Of a stretch of DNA of 64,000 nucleotides, positions 18,827 to 28,416 are shown piece after piece (within the stretch, counting starts at the first letter, position 1; each line of letters begins with the position of its first letter). This DNA comes from Pontiella sp. (GTDB lineage Bacteria > Verrucomicrobiota > Kiritimatiellia > Kiritimatiellales > Pontiellaceae): assembly GCA_050290185.1 (NCBI GenBank), contig JBNKHE010000003.1, positions 64,001-128,000 on the forward strand, given 5' to 3'. A model generated the notes under the pieces. That model was not told where the DNA came from and ran no database searches. It worked only from the letters and a program-made list of their open reading frames with translations. A program made the position numbers and the translations under genes.

Positions 18827-21161
18827 TTGGTTTATGTTCTGCCTGATCATTGCAGGGCTCCTTGTGGAACCTTCCGCAGCGGCCCGCACGGTCGGATTGG
18901 CTTCGATGCAGAATTTTGAGGATCTTCCAGTGATAGAAGAGGATGTCGATGTCTTTCAGGTTTCAAGTCATGACCGAACCGGCGCAAACGATGACGGGTT
19001 CAACGGGACTTATTCGAGCCTTTACCGGGATGAAGAGGGCGATTATGTGCTGTTCGACGAAATAGGCGCCGGATGCATTACGCGCATGTGGATGACTTTT
19101 TCGACGGCCAACCTCAATCCGACCAACCACATCCGATTCTATTTCGATGAGGATGCCGAACCGCGCATCGATGTCTCCCTTCAGGATTTCTTTCATGGGA
19201 CCACTGCTCCTTTTCTGAGTCCGCTGGTGGGGGATCGGTTGGTATCGAGTGGCGGTTATTATTGCTATCTGCCTTTCCCGTTCGCCCGTCGCTGCCGGAT
19301 CGAGATGGCGCACAAACCGTATTTCTACAACATCACCTGTCAGCGTTTTGCATCAACCAACGGCGTGGCTACCTGGACAGGGCTGGAGGAGAGTGCGGGT
19401 GTTCGCTCAATGTGGGAACACGTTGGCAGCGATCCAAAGCCGACGAACGGGAATGTTCAGGTCGATGGTATGTTATCGATTCCTGCCGGAACCACCGGCA
19501 CGGTGTTTTCCGTGCTGGGTGCCGGAGCGGTGGCTGGGCTGTTGCTGGATATCGAGCCGCACTCGGCAGAGGTGCTCACCAATGTCTGGATCGACATGGT
19601 GTGGGATGGCGAAGCAACGCCGCAGGTTTCGGCCCCGCTGGGCGAGTTTTTCGGATGTCGTTTCGGCGAGACCAATCTAACGGCACTTCCGGTTGGCATG
19701 AACACGAATACACCGTATTACTGCTGGTTTCCCATGCCGTTCTGGAGCTCCGCTCATATCGAGGTCGTGAATCATTCTTCGGTCGATATCACTAATCTGA
19801 CGTTTGAGGTCCAGTACCATAATCGGGCGTATGATGCATTGCGCACCGGTTGGTTCCATGCGGTGGCCCGCTCGAAGAATATCGTGCAGAGCGACGGAAA
19901 TGATTATGTTCTATTGGAGACCAATGGATGGGGCAAGGTGGTGGGTGTGGTGCTTTCAGTACGAAACAGGAGCACGGATCCATTGGGCTATTTGGAAGGC
20001 GATGAGCGTATCTATATTGATGGAAGCTCAACACCCCAGCTCTATGGAACGGGAACGGAGGATTTTTTCAACGGGGGATGGTACTTTAACCAGGGGCCAT
20101 TCTCTCTTCCCGTCCACGGGAACCCGATGCGTAAGCACGAGTGGAGACCGGATTGGAATGTGCCCCCCTACATCTCCAACAACTTTACCGCGGCGTATCG
20201 GTTCTTTCTTGCAGACTGCCTTTCTTTTCGCTCATCCATCCGGTTGGGGATGGAGCACGGCTATAATAATTCCCAGAAAGGAGAGTATTCCAGCGTGGTG
20301 TACTACTACCTGCTTCCATCACGCACAGGAATGGTTTTACGTACAGCACTGGATGTGGGGAATATATTCTCCGAGTCTGATGCAGACTATGTAAGCTCGG
20401 AAAGTATTCTGGTAACCAACAGCTGGCGATACGAAGGCGATGCTGACAACGATGTGGTTGTGGATGACGGTCGGATCATCTCGGATTCTTCAAGCTTTGC
20501 GGTGTCCCTATCGAGCACGAACATGGGACTGTTGATTCGCCGGCGGGCGGATGCGGTGCCTGGTCGTCAGCATGTGAAAGTATATGTGGATGAGGCGTTG
20601 GTCAGTGATTGGTATACTGCAGATTGTAATTTCACTAATTTAAACAGACGATGGTTTGATGCGGAATTGCAGATTCCGGCAGCGTACACCGCCGGAAAAA
20701 CATCGGTAACGGTCCGGTTGGAGAAGGATCTTTCATCTGCGGGACTTTGGAGTGAGTATCGATATTGGGTCTATAGTCTGGAGCCTTTGCTGCCCACAGG
20801 AGATCTGGATGCCGACGGCTTGCCGGATGAGTGGGAGATTTCATATTTCGACAATATTCTGGAGGCGGTTCCGGGGGAAGATGGCGACGGTGACGCAATG
20901 GGGAATTTGGCGGAGTATATAGCGGGAACCGATCCCTTGGATTCCGTATCGAACTTTCGCCTTCGAACCGATGCCGAAGCACTCTCTTTTCTTGCGCAAA
21001 CCGGACGGTCCTATACCCTATGGTATTCGTCTGATTTGCTTGCGGGTGAGTGGAGCGCGGCGGCGACCAACTTGCAAGGGAATGGAGTAATTGTTTTCTG
21101 GCCGTATCCCAAAAACGGAACAAACGGATTTTATCGAGCGGACGTACAGTTACAATGGTAG
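18801..21161 (+). CDS. Secreted DUF2961 / GH172-like glycoside hydrolase with C-terminal DxDGD/EYIAGTDP module
   Basis: Signal peptide; SSHDRTGANDDG, GAGCITRMW, WFPMPF, YLEGDE, GTGTEDFFNGGWYF. Confidence 0.8.
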   Translation: MPMQSVSLSWFMFCLIIAGLLVEPSAAARTVGLASMQNFEDLPVIEEDVDVFQVSSHDRTGANDDGFNGTYSSLYRDEEGDYVLFDEIGAGCITRMWMTFSTANLNPTNHIRFYFDEDAEPRIDVSLQDFFHGTTAPFLSPLVGDRLVSSGGYYCYLPFPFARRCRIEMAHKPYFYNITCQRFASTNGVATWTGLEESAGVRSMWEHVGSDPKPTNGNVQVDGMLSIPAGTTGTVFSVLGAGAVAGLLLDIEPHSAEVLTNVWIDMVWDGEATPQVSAPLGEFFGCRFGETNLTALPVGMNTNTPYYCWFPMPFWSSAHIEVVNHSSVDITNLTFEVQYHNRAYDALRTGWFHAVARSKNIVQSDGNDYVLLETNGWGKVVGVVLSVRNRSTDPLGYLEGDERIYIDGSSTPQLYGTGTEDFFNGGWYFNQGPFSLPVHGNPMRKHEWRPDWNVPPYISNNFTAAYRFFLADCLSFRSSIRLGMEHGYNNSQKGEYSSVVYYYLLPSRTGMVLRTALDVGNIFSESDADYVSSESILVTNSWRYEGDADNDVVVDDGRIISDSSSFAVSLSSTNMGLLIRRRADAVPGRQHVKVYVDEALVSDWYTADCNFTNLNRRWFDAELQIPAAYTAGKTSVTVRLEKDLSSAGLWSEYRYWVYSLEPLLPTGDLDADGLPDEWEISYFDNILEAVPGEDGDGDAMGNLAEYIAGTDPLDSVSNFRLRTDAEALSFLAQTGRSYTLWYSSDLLAGEWSAAATNLQGNGVIVFWPYPKNGTNGFYRADVQLQW

Positions 21162-21231
21162 CGAGCTTGAATATTCGATTGGGTGTACGTTGATAATAGA
21201 TGGCTTGGCACCGTATTTTCTGGAGTGGTCA

Positions 21232-23706
21232 ATGGGTACTTTTTTAATCAAATGGGGAAAATGGTTTACACCGGTCCTGGGATGCATTGCGGTCTTCCTG
21301 CTGCTGCACTACCTGCAAAAGATGGGGGGCTACCAATTGCCCGCGTGGATAGTGGGTACAATGGGCGCGGTGAGTGGAATTACCCTGCTCGGGTATCTAC
21401 TGCAACTACATGTATTGAACCGGATCGGGGGGGTGTTTCTTCTGGTAGTGGCCGTGGTATGTTTGGTGGGTATGTTGCTGCCGGCCGAAACCATAGGCGA
21501 ATATCCGCACAAAGCATCCGCAGTGGTTGCCCATGATTTCGACGCAGCCTGGAAAACGGTCTATGGCCATGACCTATTCAAGGAGTTCAGCCTGCACCGG
21601 AACCTGATGCAGTATGCCAAGAGCTTGTCCAGTTTCGATATTCACCGGGCGGGTCAGATGGGGCTGTTCGGTATTTTTGGCCTTGCGATGGGAATCTGCT
21701 TTCTCTTTCCCATAGACCCCTCCTCCCTCCGATGGCGCTATTCCAGTCGGGTTCTACTGCTGTGTGTTGCGGGAGCGCTATGGTCCTTGCTGCTGGAACT
21801 GTTGCAGACGCTATCACCAACGCGTGAAGTCTCTTTTGGGGGTTTTCTTGAGAGCACAATCGGGGTCTTCGCGGGGACGCTGCTGTTTGCTCTATGCAAC
21901 ACGGTCTATGTCTCTCGAAAAAGGATGCTTGAGGATCGGCGCTTCAACGTGCTCGGCGTAGGTATTGATGCCGTGGATATGGAGGACTGTCTTCAATTAT
22001 TTCAGGAGATCATCGGCCAACAGGCACTAGGCAATGGGCATAAGGCATTAGGAGAGAGGGCTAACAGCCAAGAGCCAAGAGCTGACAGCTCATACTACTA
22101 TCCCTCACAGGAGGAAACCGGGGGGTTGGATCTCGGAAGCGCGGCGCAGACTCCTAAATCGGAAATCGGAAATCGGAAATCGGAAATTATTCTATCTTCC
22201 GGTCTCAAAACCCGACTGCCGGCCATGACCACTGCGATGGGCGTGGCGGGGATCGTGGAGTCGCGCCGCAACCAGAAGCTCCAGCGCATCCTGAACGAAT
22301 CGGTGTTGAACACGCCTGACGGCATGCCGTTGGTCTGGTTGGGCAAATTGTTCGGCTATCGAAATGTCGAGCGCGTATATGGTCCCGATCTGCTGCGAGA
22401 TGCCTGTGCCTATGGGGTAGATAAAGGATGGCGGCACTATTTCTGGGGGGCTGCGCCGGGGATTGTCGAGAAACTAAAAGTAGTGCTGGAAGAGAAACAT
22501 CCCCTGATCCAGATTTCAGGGATCTGCTGTCCACCGTTTCGTCCGTTGACTCAGGAGGAAGAGGATGCGCTGGTGGAGGAAGTGAATTCAGCCGATACCG
22601 ATATTTTCTGGATCGGGATCAGCACGCCGAAGCAACTTTATTTCATGGATCATATCCGCGATCGGCTGAACTGCAAAGTCATCTGTCCGGTGGGATATGC
22701 CTTCGATGTGAATGCCGGGGTGGAGAAGGATGCGCCGGACTGGATCAAGTATGCCGGGCTTCAATGGCTGCACCGCGGGATCAAGCAACCGCGCCTCTGG
22801 AAACGCTATCTGCCGGACAATCCCGCGTTTGTACTCAAGGTCTTTTCCCAACTGCTGCACCTGAAACGGTTTACCATGTTCGTGCATGAACGCCCGATTG
22901 CCCCCGTAACCGATGCCGAAGGGTTCCCTCGTTTTCCGGCCGGTGCAGTGGCGCTGTCGGCCATGAGCATGCGTGGAGCGCGTGATCGCGTCGCACACTG
23001 GATCGAATCGGGGAAAAAACACTACGTCAATATCTGTACGGCGGATACCGTTGTGCAGTGCTACGACCGGCCCGACCTGGCAAAGATTGTGATGAATGCC
23101 GGGATGGCTACAACCGACGGTATGCCACTGGTTTGGCTTGCCCATCATTTTGGTTACACGGATGCGACGCGGGTCTATGGGCCGGATCTCATGCTTGAGC
23201 TTTGTGCCTTGAGCGAAATGAAGGGCTATGCCCATTATTTCTACGGGGCGACTGATGAGGTGCTGGAGCAATTACGGATAAACCTGCTGGAAAAGTATCC
23301 GCAACTGAAGATTGCGGGCATGTATGCTCCGCCTTTCCGTCCGCTCACCGATGCCGAGAAGGAGGACGTGGCGGAACGGATCAATGCCGCGAAGCCGGAC
23401 ATCGTCTGGTGCGGGCTGGGAACGCCCAAGCAGGACTACTGGGTGGCGGAATTCCGCCCGCGCCTGAATGCAGCCGCCATTCTGGCCGTGGGTGCTGCCT
23501 TCAACTTTCACGCCGGGCATGTGACACAGGCCCCGCGCTGGATGATGAAGTCCGGTTTGGAATGGCTTTTCCGCCTATGCGTTGAACCGCGTCGTCTCTG
23601 GCGCCGGTACATCATTGGCAATCCTCGTTTCGTTTGCCAAACCCTAAAGCAGTGGATCCGTGCGCGCCGAATTCGGAAACGGCTTGCCGCGATCGAAACT
23701 CCATAG
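21232..23706 (+). CDS. VanZ-like membrane domain fused to two WecB/TagA/CpsF (GT26) glycosyltransferase domains
   Basis: ELLQTLSPTRE (VanZ-like); two copies of DGMPLVWL..RVYGPDL..PPFRPLT..TPKQ..PRxLWxRY. Confidence 0.88.
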   Translation: MGTFLIKWGKWFTPVLGCIAVFLLLHYLQKMGGYQLPAWIVGTMGAVSGITLLGYLLQLHVLNRIGGVFLLVVAVVCLVGMLLPAETIGEYPHKASAVVAHDFDAAWKTVYGHDLFKEFSLHRNLMQYAKSLSSFDIHRAGQMGLFGIFGLAMGICFLFPIDPSSLRWRYSSRVLLLCVAGALWSLLLELLQTLSPTREVSFGGFLESTIGVFAGTLLFALCNTVYVSRKRMLEDRRFNVLGVGIDAVDMEDCLQLFQEIIGQQALGNGHKALGERANSQEPRADSSYYYPSQEETGGLDLGSAAQTPKSEIGNRKSEIILSSGLKTRLPAMTTAMGVAGIVESRRNQKLQRILNESVLNTPDGMPLVWLGKLFGYRNVERVYGPDLLRDACAYGVDKGWRHYFWGAAPGIVEKLKVVLEEKHPLIQISGICCPPFRPLTQEEEDALVEEVNSADTDIFWIGISTPKQLYFMDHIRDRLNCKVICPVGYAFDVNAGVEKDAPDWIKYAGLQWLHRGIKQPRLWKRYLPDNPAFVLKVFSQLLHLKRFTMFVHERPIAPVTDAEGFPRFPAGAVALSAMSMRGARDRVAHWIESGKKHYVNICTADTVVQCYDRPDLAKIVMNAGMATTDGMPLVWLAHHFGYTDATRVYGPDLMLELCALSEMKGYAHYFYGATDEVLEQLRINLLEKYPQLKIAGMYAPPFRPLTDAEKEDVAERINAAKPDIVWCGLGTPKQDYWVAEFRPRLNAAAILAVGAAFNFHAGHVTQAPRWMMKSGLEWLFRLCVEPRRLWRRYIIGNPRFVCQTLKQWIRARRIRKRLAAIETP
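22156..22187 (+). repeat. Perfect (AAATCGG)x4+AAAT tract inside the GT26 gene
   Basis: Direct reading; encodes KSEIGNRKSEI. Confidence 0.95.
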
Positions 23707-24048
23707 CCCGCAGATGGTCGCAGAAGATCGCGGATACACTTTACACGGTCTCCGATTCTGAGGTAAGAGCCATCAGGCTCAGACTCGTACGGGAATCAAC
23801 GAAGCTGCCGGAGGGAAACCTTCCTTGATTCATCAACCTCTGATTGCTCGGCTAGCTCGGCGTGACCAAACCGATGGAATGGACATTATCACACAGAGAT
23901 AGCGGAGATAACGGAGGTTTGTTACTGCCCGTCTCTACTTGCTCCGTTCGCTCTGCTTGTGTATAGGCTGTTGCCGACTCGCCCTGAAATGCAGTATTTC
24001 AGGGCTTTTTTGTTTACATCTCCTCAGCGGACCAACTAGCGTTTAGAT

Positions 24049-25845
24049 GTGCCAGTTCGCCGTTCCATATTAGTCCCGGTCTTGACCGCCATGCTGTTGT
24101 TTGTCGTGTATTCGTTCACGGCTCCGCAGAACCATAGCGAAGCTGAGGATGTTTACGATTTTGCGCTGAAGGTGGAGCAGGGGCATTTTGCAGATCAGGC
24201 CGGCGTGAACCGCGTGCTGGCGCTCCCTGCATTGGGGGTGGCGTACAGGGCCGCACAGTTGTTGGGATATGATGGCCGTGCCTTTCCATTCATGATCATC
24301 ATCAACCGTTTCCTCGCCGTAGTCTGTGTGTTTCTGTTCTACCACCTGCTCACTCTGGCGTACCGCAGGCATCCTGCCTTCCCTGGATCCGCTTCCCTTT
24401 CGCCTAATACCTTCCCAAACCATCAACCATCAACCAGCAACCAACAACTAGTAACCGCTCTTCTGTTGGCCTTCTCCTACGGCTTCTGGCGCTACGCCAA
24501 CGAAGCGGAAACCTACATCCTGGCAAGTGTTCTAGTGCTTGGAGCCTGGTGTCTGGCCATTGGCCAGCAATCAGCAATCAGCGACCGGCAGTCAGCAAAA
24601 GACAACGGTTCTCCGACTTCCTCCCTCCCTCCGGAACGTAGGCTCCTCCGGGCCGGAGGCCGTCCTTGGTTTACCCTCCTCTGTCCTCTGGTTTCCGCTT
24701 TCGGCATTCTGGTGCATCTACTGAACCTGGTGCCGCTGCTGTTGATCATACCCCTGTACTATCTGTTTTCCGGGAAATGGAAGAACGCAGTGTTTCATGG
24801 CCTGATGACAGGGGGGCTGGTCGGATTGGGCTACGGACTCTGCTTCCACATGCTGGATTGGGGCAATCTGGGCGCACATGATCAACCGTTGGAAGCCGGC
24901 TTCAGCCTTTCGAATGTGCTGCGCGGGGGTATCGCCTCCGGCCAATGCCTGGTATCGGGCAACTTCCTGTTCGGGTTCGAGTCGTTTCGTGATGCCCTGA
25001 TCAACCTGTTCCCTTCGCGCATGCTGGGGGAAGAGTTTTACATGGCGTCGCACATGCCTGACTGGATCAAATGGGCGGGGTGCGTGACGATCACAGCGTT
25101 TTCGGTTTGCAGTTTGTGGTTTGCGTTTAAGTGCTGGCAGAGCCAAAAGGCATGTTGGAGCAGTAGCGAAATGCAGTCTTCTGCTAACTTCAAAACGAAA
25201 AATTCAAACATACGGCCATTAACCATTTCATCCGCCATCTGGTTGCTCCTGTATGCTCTAGCCGTGATCCACACGGAGGCGGGTAGCCCGGAATTATGGA
25301 TCATGGCATTGATTCCCTTTTGGCTTATCGTCGCTCCGCTCCAACAAAGAGCATGGGGCATGGGGCATGGAGGAAGCACAATCGCTATGGATAGAACGGG
25401 CAGGATTTGCTCTTGGGGATTGGTCCTTGCACTTTTTTTACATAATCTGGTAGCGGGGTTGCTCCCCGTTATGTCAAACGCGTCCGACTATCATGTGGCC
25501 AAGGGAAAATGGCTGGTGGAGCACTGTGGCCCGCAGGATCTGATATTGACCGACTACGAGCCGGTAATGGTTTTTTACCTGGACTATTATGTAGCCGGCG
25601 ATGTGGTCAGCAGTGGGGCCATGAATGCGCCGGATATCGAGCGAAAGCTTGGAACGCGAACGGGAAACGCGTACGCTTTGGCTTCTTTTTTCCGGCCCAT
25701 GGAATCGATGCGGGTGCGCAACCCGAAGCAATATGCTCGAATGGTGGCGACCGGAGAAGCGCTGCAATCCGGGTTTGTAAAAATTGAAGACGATGAATTT
25801 GGTGGCGTGTGGGAGTTTAAGGAGCAGTTGAATATTGATAAATGA
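24049..25845 (+). CDS. Polytopic membrane protein, possibly GT-C-fold glycosyltransferase-like, with repeat-derived insertions
   Basis: Many TM segments; acidic EAEDVY after TM1; FSYGFWRYANEAETY. Confidence 0.6.
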   Translation: MPVRRSILVPVLTAMLLFVVYSFTAPQNHSEAEDVYDFALKVEQGHFADQAGVNRVLALPALGVAYRAAQLLGYDGRAFPFMIIINRFLAVVCVFLFYHLLTLAYRRHPAFPGSASLSPNTFPNHQPSTSNQQLVTALLLAFSYGFWRYANEAETYILASVLVLGAWCLAIGQQSAISDRQSAKDNGSPTSSLPPERRLLRAGGRPWFTLLCPLVSAFGILVHLLNLVPLLLIIPLYYLFSGKWKNAVFHGLMTGGLVGLGYGLCFHMLDWGNLGAHDQPLEAGFSLSNVLRGGIASGQCLVSGNFLFGFESFRDALINLFPSRMLGEEFYMASHMPDWIKWAGCVTITAFSVCSLWFAFKCWQSQKACWSSSEMQSSANFKTKNSNIRPLTISSAIWLLLYALAVIHTEAGSPELWIMALIPFWLIVAPLQQRAWGMGHGGSTIAMDRTGRICSWGLVLALFLHNLVAGLLPVMSNASDYHVAKGKWLVEHCGPQDLILTDYEPVMVFYLDYYVAGDVVSSGAMNAPDIERKLGTRTGNAYALASFFRPMESMRVRNPKQYARMVATGEALQSGFVKIEDDEFGGVWEFKEQLNIDK

Positions 25846-25929
25846 TGATTGATGGGTTTTGCCGGGAATCGCTATTCCGAACAACAATCATTCAACAATT
25901 TAGCAACAAATTGAGCGGAGCGAAAGAAT

Positions 25930-26928
25930 ATGGGTAAGATGCTGGTCACAGGGGGGTGCGGTTTCGTGGGCCGCCATTTGATCGATCGACTGCTAACGGC
26001 CGGTCACGAAGTCCATTGCGTGGATATCATGGAGCCATTGAGCGGGGCGATTGCACCTGAAGCATGGCCGCTGTTCCGTCCGCTGGATTATGCCAACTTC
26101 CACTATTATGCCGAAGATTGCCGCGATTGGTTCAAGCGGATGCAGGCTTCGGAGTTTGACTATGCCTTCCATCTGGCCGCTATGGTGGGCGGCCGCGCCA
26201 TGATCGAAAACAATCCACTCGCCGTGGCCGACGATCTTTCCATCGATGCCGAATACTGGCAATGGGCCGTTAAGGCCAAGCCGGGCAAATCGATTGTCTT
26301 CAGTTCGAGCGCAGCCTATCCGATCCATCTGCAGCGTCCGGATCACTACATGTTGCTGAAGGAGGACATGATTTCCTTCGATGAAGGCCTGGGGATGCCT
26401 GATATGACCTATGGCTGGGCGAAGCTGACCCATGAATACTGTGCGCGGCTCGCCTATGAAAAGCATGGTCTCAAGTCCGTGACCTATCGGCCGTTTTCGG
26501 GATACGGCGAAGATCAGGACGATACCTATCCGTTCCCCAGTATCTGCAAGCGCGTACTGGCGAACCGCGGGGCCAGTGAAATCGGGGTCTGGGGCAGCGG
26601 GCGACAGATGCGCGACTTTATCCATATCGATGATTGCATAGAGGGCGTATTGCGCACCATGGATCAGATTGATGATGGATCCGCGATCAACCTTTCCACG
26701 GGCATCTTCACCAGCTTCATCGAGTTCGTACAGCTCGCTGCGGATATTCTTGGATTCCAACCCGAGGTCAAGGGAACATCCAATACCCCGGAGGGCGTAT
26801 TTGCGCGGGGAGGGGATACCGCCTTCCAGCAGCAACTCGGTTTCCGCTATTCGCGCTCCTTCCGCGACGGCATCCACCGTGCCTTGGATTATTTTCAGAT
26901 GACCTCCGTGCAGGATATGAAGAAATAG
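25930..26928 (+). CDS. NAD-dependent nucleotide-sugar epimerase/dehydratase
   Basis: TGGCGFVG, FHLAA, SSSAAY, YGWAK, VWGSGRQMRDFIHIDD. Confidence 0.92.
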   Translation: MGKMLVTGGCGFVGRHLIDRLLTAGHEVHCVDIMEPLSGAIAPEAWPLFRPLDYANFHYYAEDCRDWFKRMQASEFDYAFHLAAMVGGRAMIENNPLAVADDLSIDAEYWQWAVKAKPGKSIVFSSSAAYPIHLQRPDHYMLLKEDMISFDEGLGMPDMTYGWAKLTHEYCARLAYEKHGLKSVTYRPFSGYGEDQDDTYPFPSICKRVLANRGASEIGVWGSGRQMRDFIHIDDCIEGVLRTMDQIDDGSAINLSTGIFTSFIEFVQLAADILGFQPEVKGTSNTPEGVFARGGDTAFQQQLGFRYSRSFRDGIHRALDYFQMTSVQDMKK

Positions 26929-26964
26929 AACTAGTAAAACATACTAGTAGTACGTATTTTATGG

Positions 26965-28416
26965 ATGTTTTTGAGAAGGGGACGTTTGAGAAGAGACATC
27001 GTCAGTATTGATTCAAATGAGCGGCAACCGAAGTTCTATCGTCGGTTCGCGCTGAATGCCATGGCCATCGCGGTGGCGGATGCCATCGTATTGGCATGTG
27101 TGTTGTGCCTGGCGAACCTCATGTTGCTATGGATACGGGACATTCCTTTTTCCATTACATACGGATTCCTGATTATCCCGCTCTGGACGGTCGCATCGAT
27201 GATTGCGCGCCTTCTTCCGGGATGGGGCCTGGGCGTGGTGGATGAACTCAGGAAGACCCAGGGCACCCTGTTTGTCATGTTCGTTACCTTGCTGCTCGTA
27301 TCGTTCTTTACGAAAAAAACGGTGGCTGGAAGCAGTCGTATCATCTTCATTGCGACCTACCTGTTCAGTGCTGCCTTCATTCCTTTTGCCCGCGCATTCA
27401 CGCGGGGCACCCTCATTCGTCTGGGCCTGTGGGGGATTCCGGTTTCGATCTATGGCGATGCCGATTCCGTTTCCACCGTGATTGAGGCGTTGAGAGCGGA
27501 GAAGGGCCTTGGGTATATTCCGGCAGCGGTCTTTAGCAACGAGGTCCCGCAGGGCAATGTGATCAATGGCGTCTCGGTGCTTGGGCATTTGCGCAATACA
27601 ACCTATCGAACTCCGGTGGCCATCATGGCGTTGGCACAGGCATCGCGGCACCAGCTGATCGATACACTGGAAGGACCGTTGGAAGTCTATCGCAGAGTGA
27701 TACTGATTCCCGACCTGAAGGAAGCGCCCTCGCTGTGGGTGGTGCCGCGGGACCTGCAGGGCATCCTCGGACTGGAGATTACCAAGAACCTGCTCAATCC
27801 GTTTGCCCGGATCTTTAAGCGTACCATCGATCTGCTGCTGGTAGGTGTGACGGCTCCGCTCTGGGCGCCGTTGATGATTCTGCTCTATGTGATGATATGG
27901 ATGGAGGACCGTCATAATCCGATGTTCCTGCAGCCGCGGGTCGGGCGCGGGGGAGGGACCTTCCGTACCGCCAAGTTCCGCACCATGGTGCCCAATGCGG
28001 AAAAAGTTTTACAGCAGGCCTTGAAAAAAGATCCGGTTCTGCGTGCCGAGTGGGAGGCCAATTTCAAGTTGAGGAGGGATCCCCGCATTACCAAGGTCGG
28101 AAATCTCCTGCGCAAAACCTCGTTGGATGAAATTCCCCAGCTGTTGAACGTAATACGGGGGACCATGTCGCTGGTGGGACCGCGACCGTTGCCGGCCTAC
28201 CACTTCAACGACCTGCCCGAGCAGGTTCGATTCCTGCGGCACAAGGTCCAGCCGGGCATTACCGGATTGTGGCAGGTTTCCGGTCGTAGCGAGGCCGGTA
28301 CCGAAGGCATGGAAAAGTGGGATCCGTACTATGTTCGCAACTGGTCGATCTGGCTCGATATCGTGATCATTGCGCGAACGTTCAAGGCGGTCTGCCGCGC
28401 CCATGGGGCTTATTAG
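26965..28416 (+). CDS. Undecaprenyl-phosphate sugar phosphotransferase (WbaP-like initiator)
   Basis: N-terminal TMs; KFRTM, DPRITKVG..LRKTSLDEIPQL, SLVGPRP, PGITGLWQVSGRS. Confidence 0.92.
   Translation: MFLRRGRLRRDIVSIDSNERQPKFYRRFALNAMAIAVADAIVLACVLCLANLMLLWIRDIPFSITYGFLIIPLWTVASMIARLLPGWGLGVVDELRKTQGTLFVMFVTLLLVSFFTKKTVAGSSRIIFIATYLFSAAFIPFARAFTRGTLIRLGLWGIPVSIYGDADSVSTVIEALRAEKGLGYIPAAVFSNEVPQGNVINGVSVLGHLRNTTYRTPVAIMALAQASRHQLIDTLEGPLEVYRRVILIPDLKEAPSLWVVPRDLQGILGLEITKNLLNPFARIFKRTIDLLLVGVTAPLWAPLMILLYVMIWMEDRHNPMFLQPRVGRGGGTFRTAKFRTMVPNAEKVLQQALKKDPVLRAEWEANFKLRRDPRITKVGNLLRKTSLDEIPQLLNVIRGTMSLVGPRPLPAYHFNDLPEQVRFLRHKVQPGITGLWQVSGRSEAGTEGMEKWDPYYVRNWSIWLDIVIIARTFKAVCRAHGAY

Noticed and set aside
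25186..25213. Weak AAATTCA-type heptamer run
   Set aside because: Too degenerate and A-rich to call separately with confidence
13471..25371. Introns or inteins as explanation for the inserts
   Set aside because: Inserts are short, in frame, avoid in-frame stops, and lack splice or intein terminal motifs
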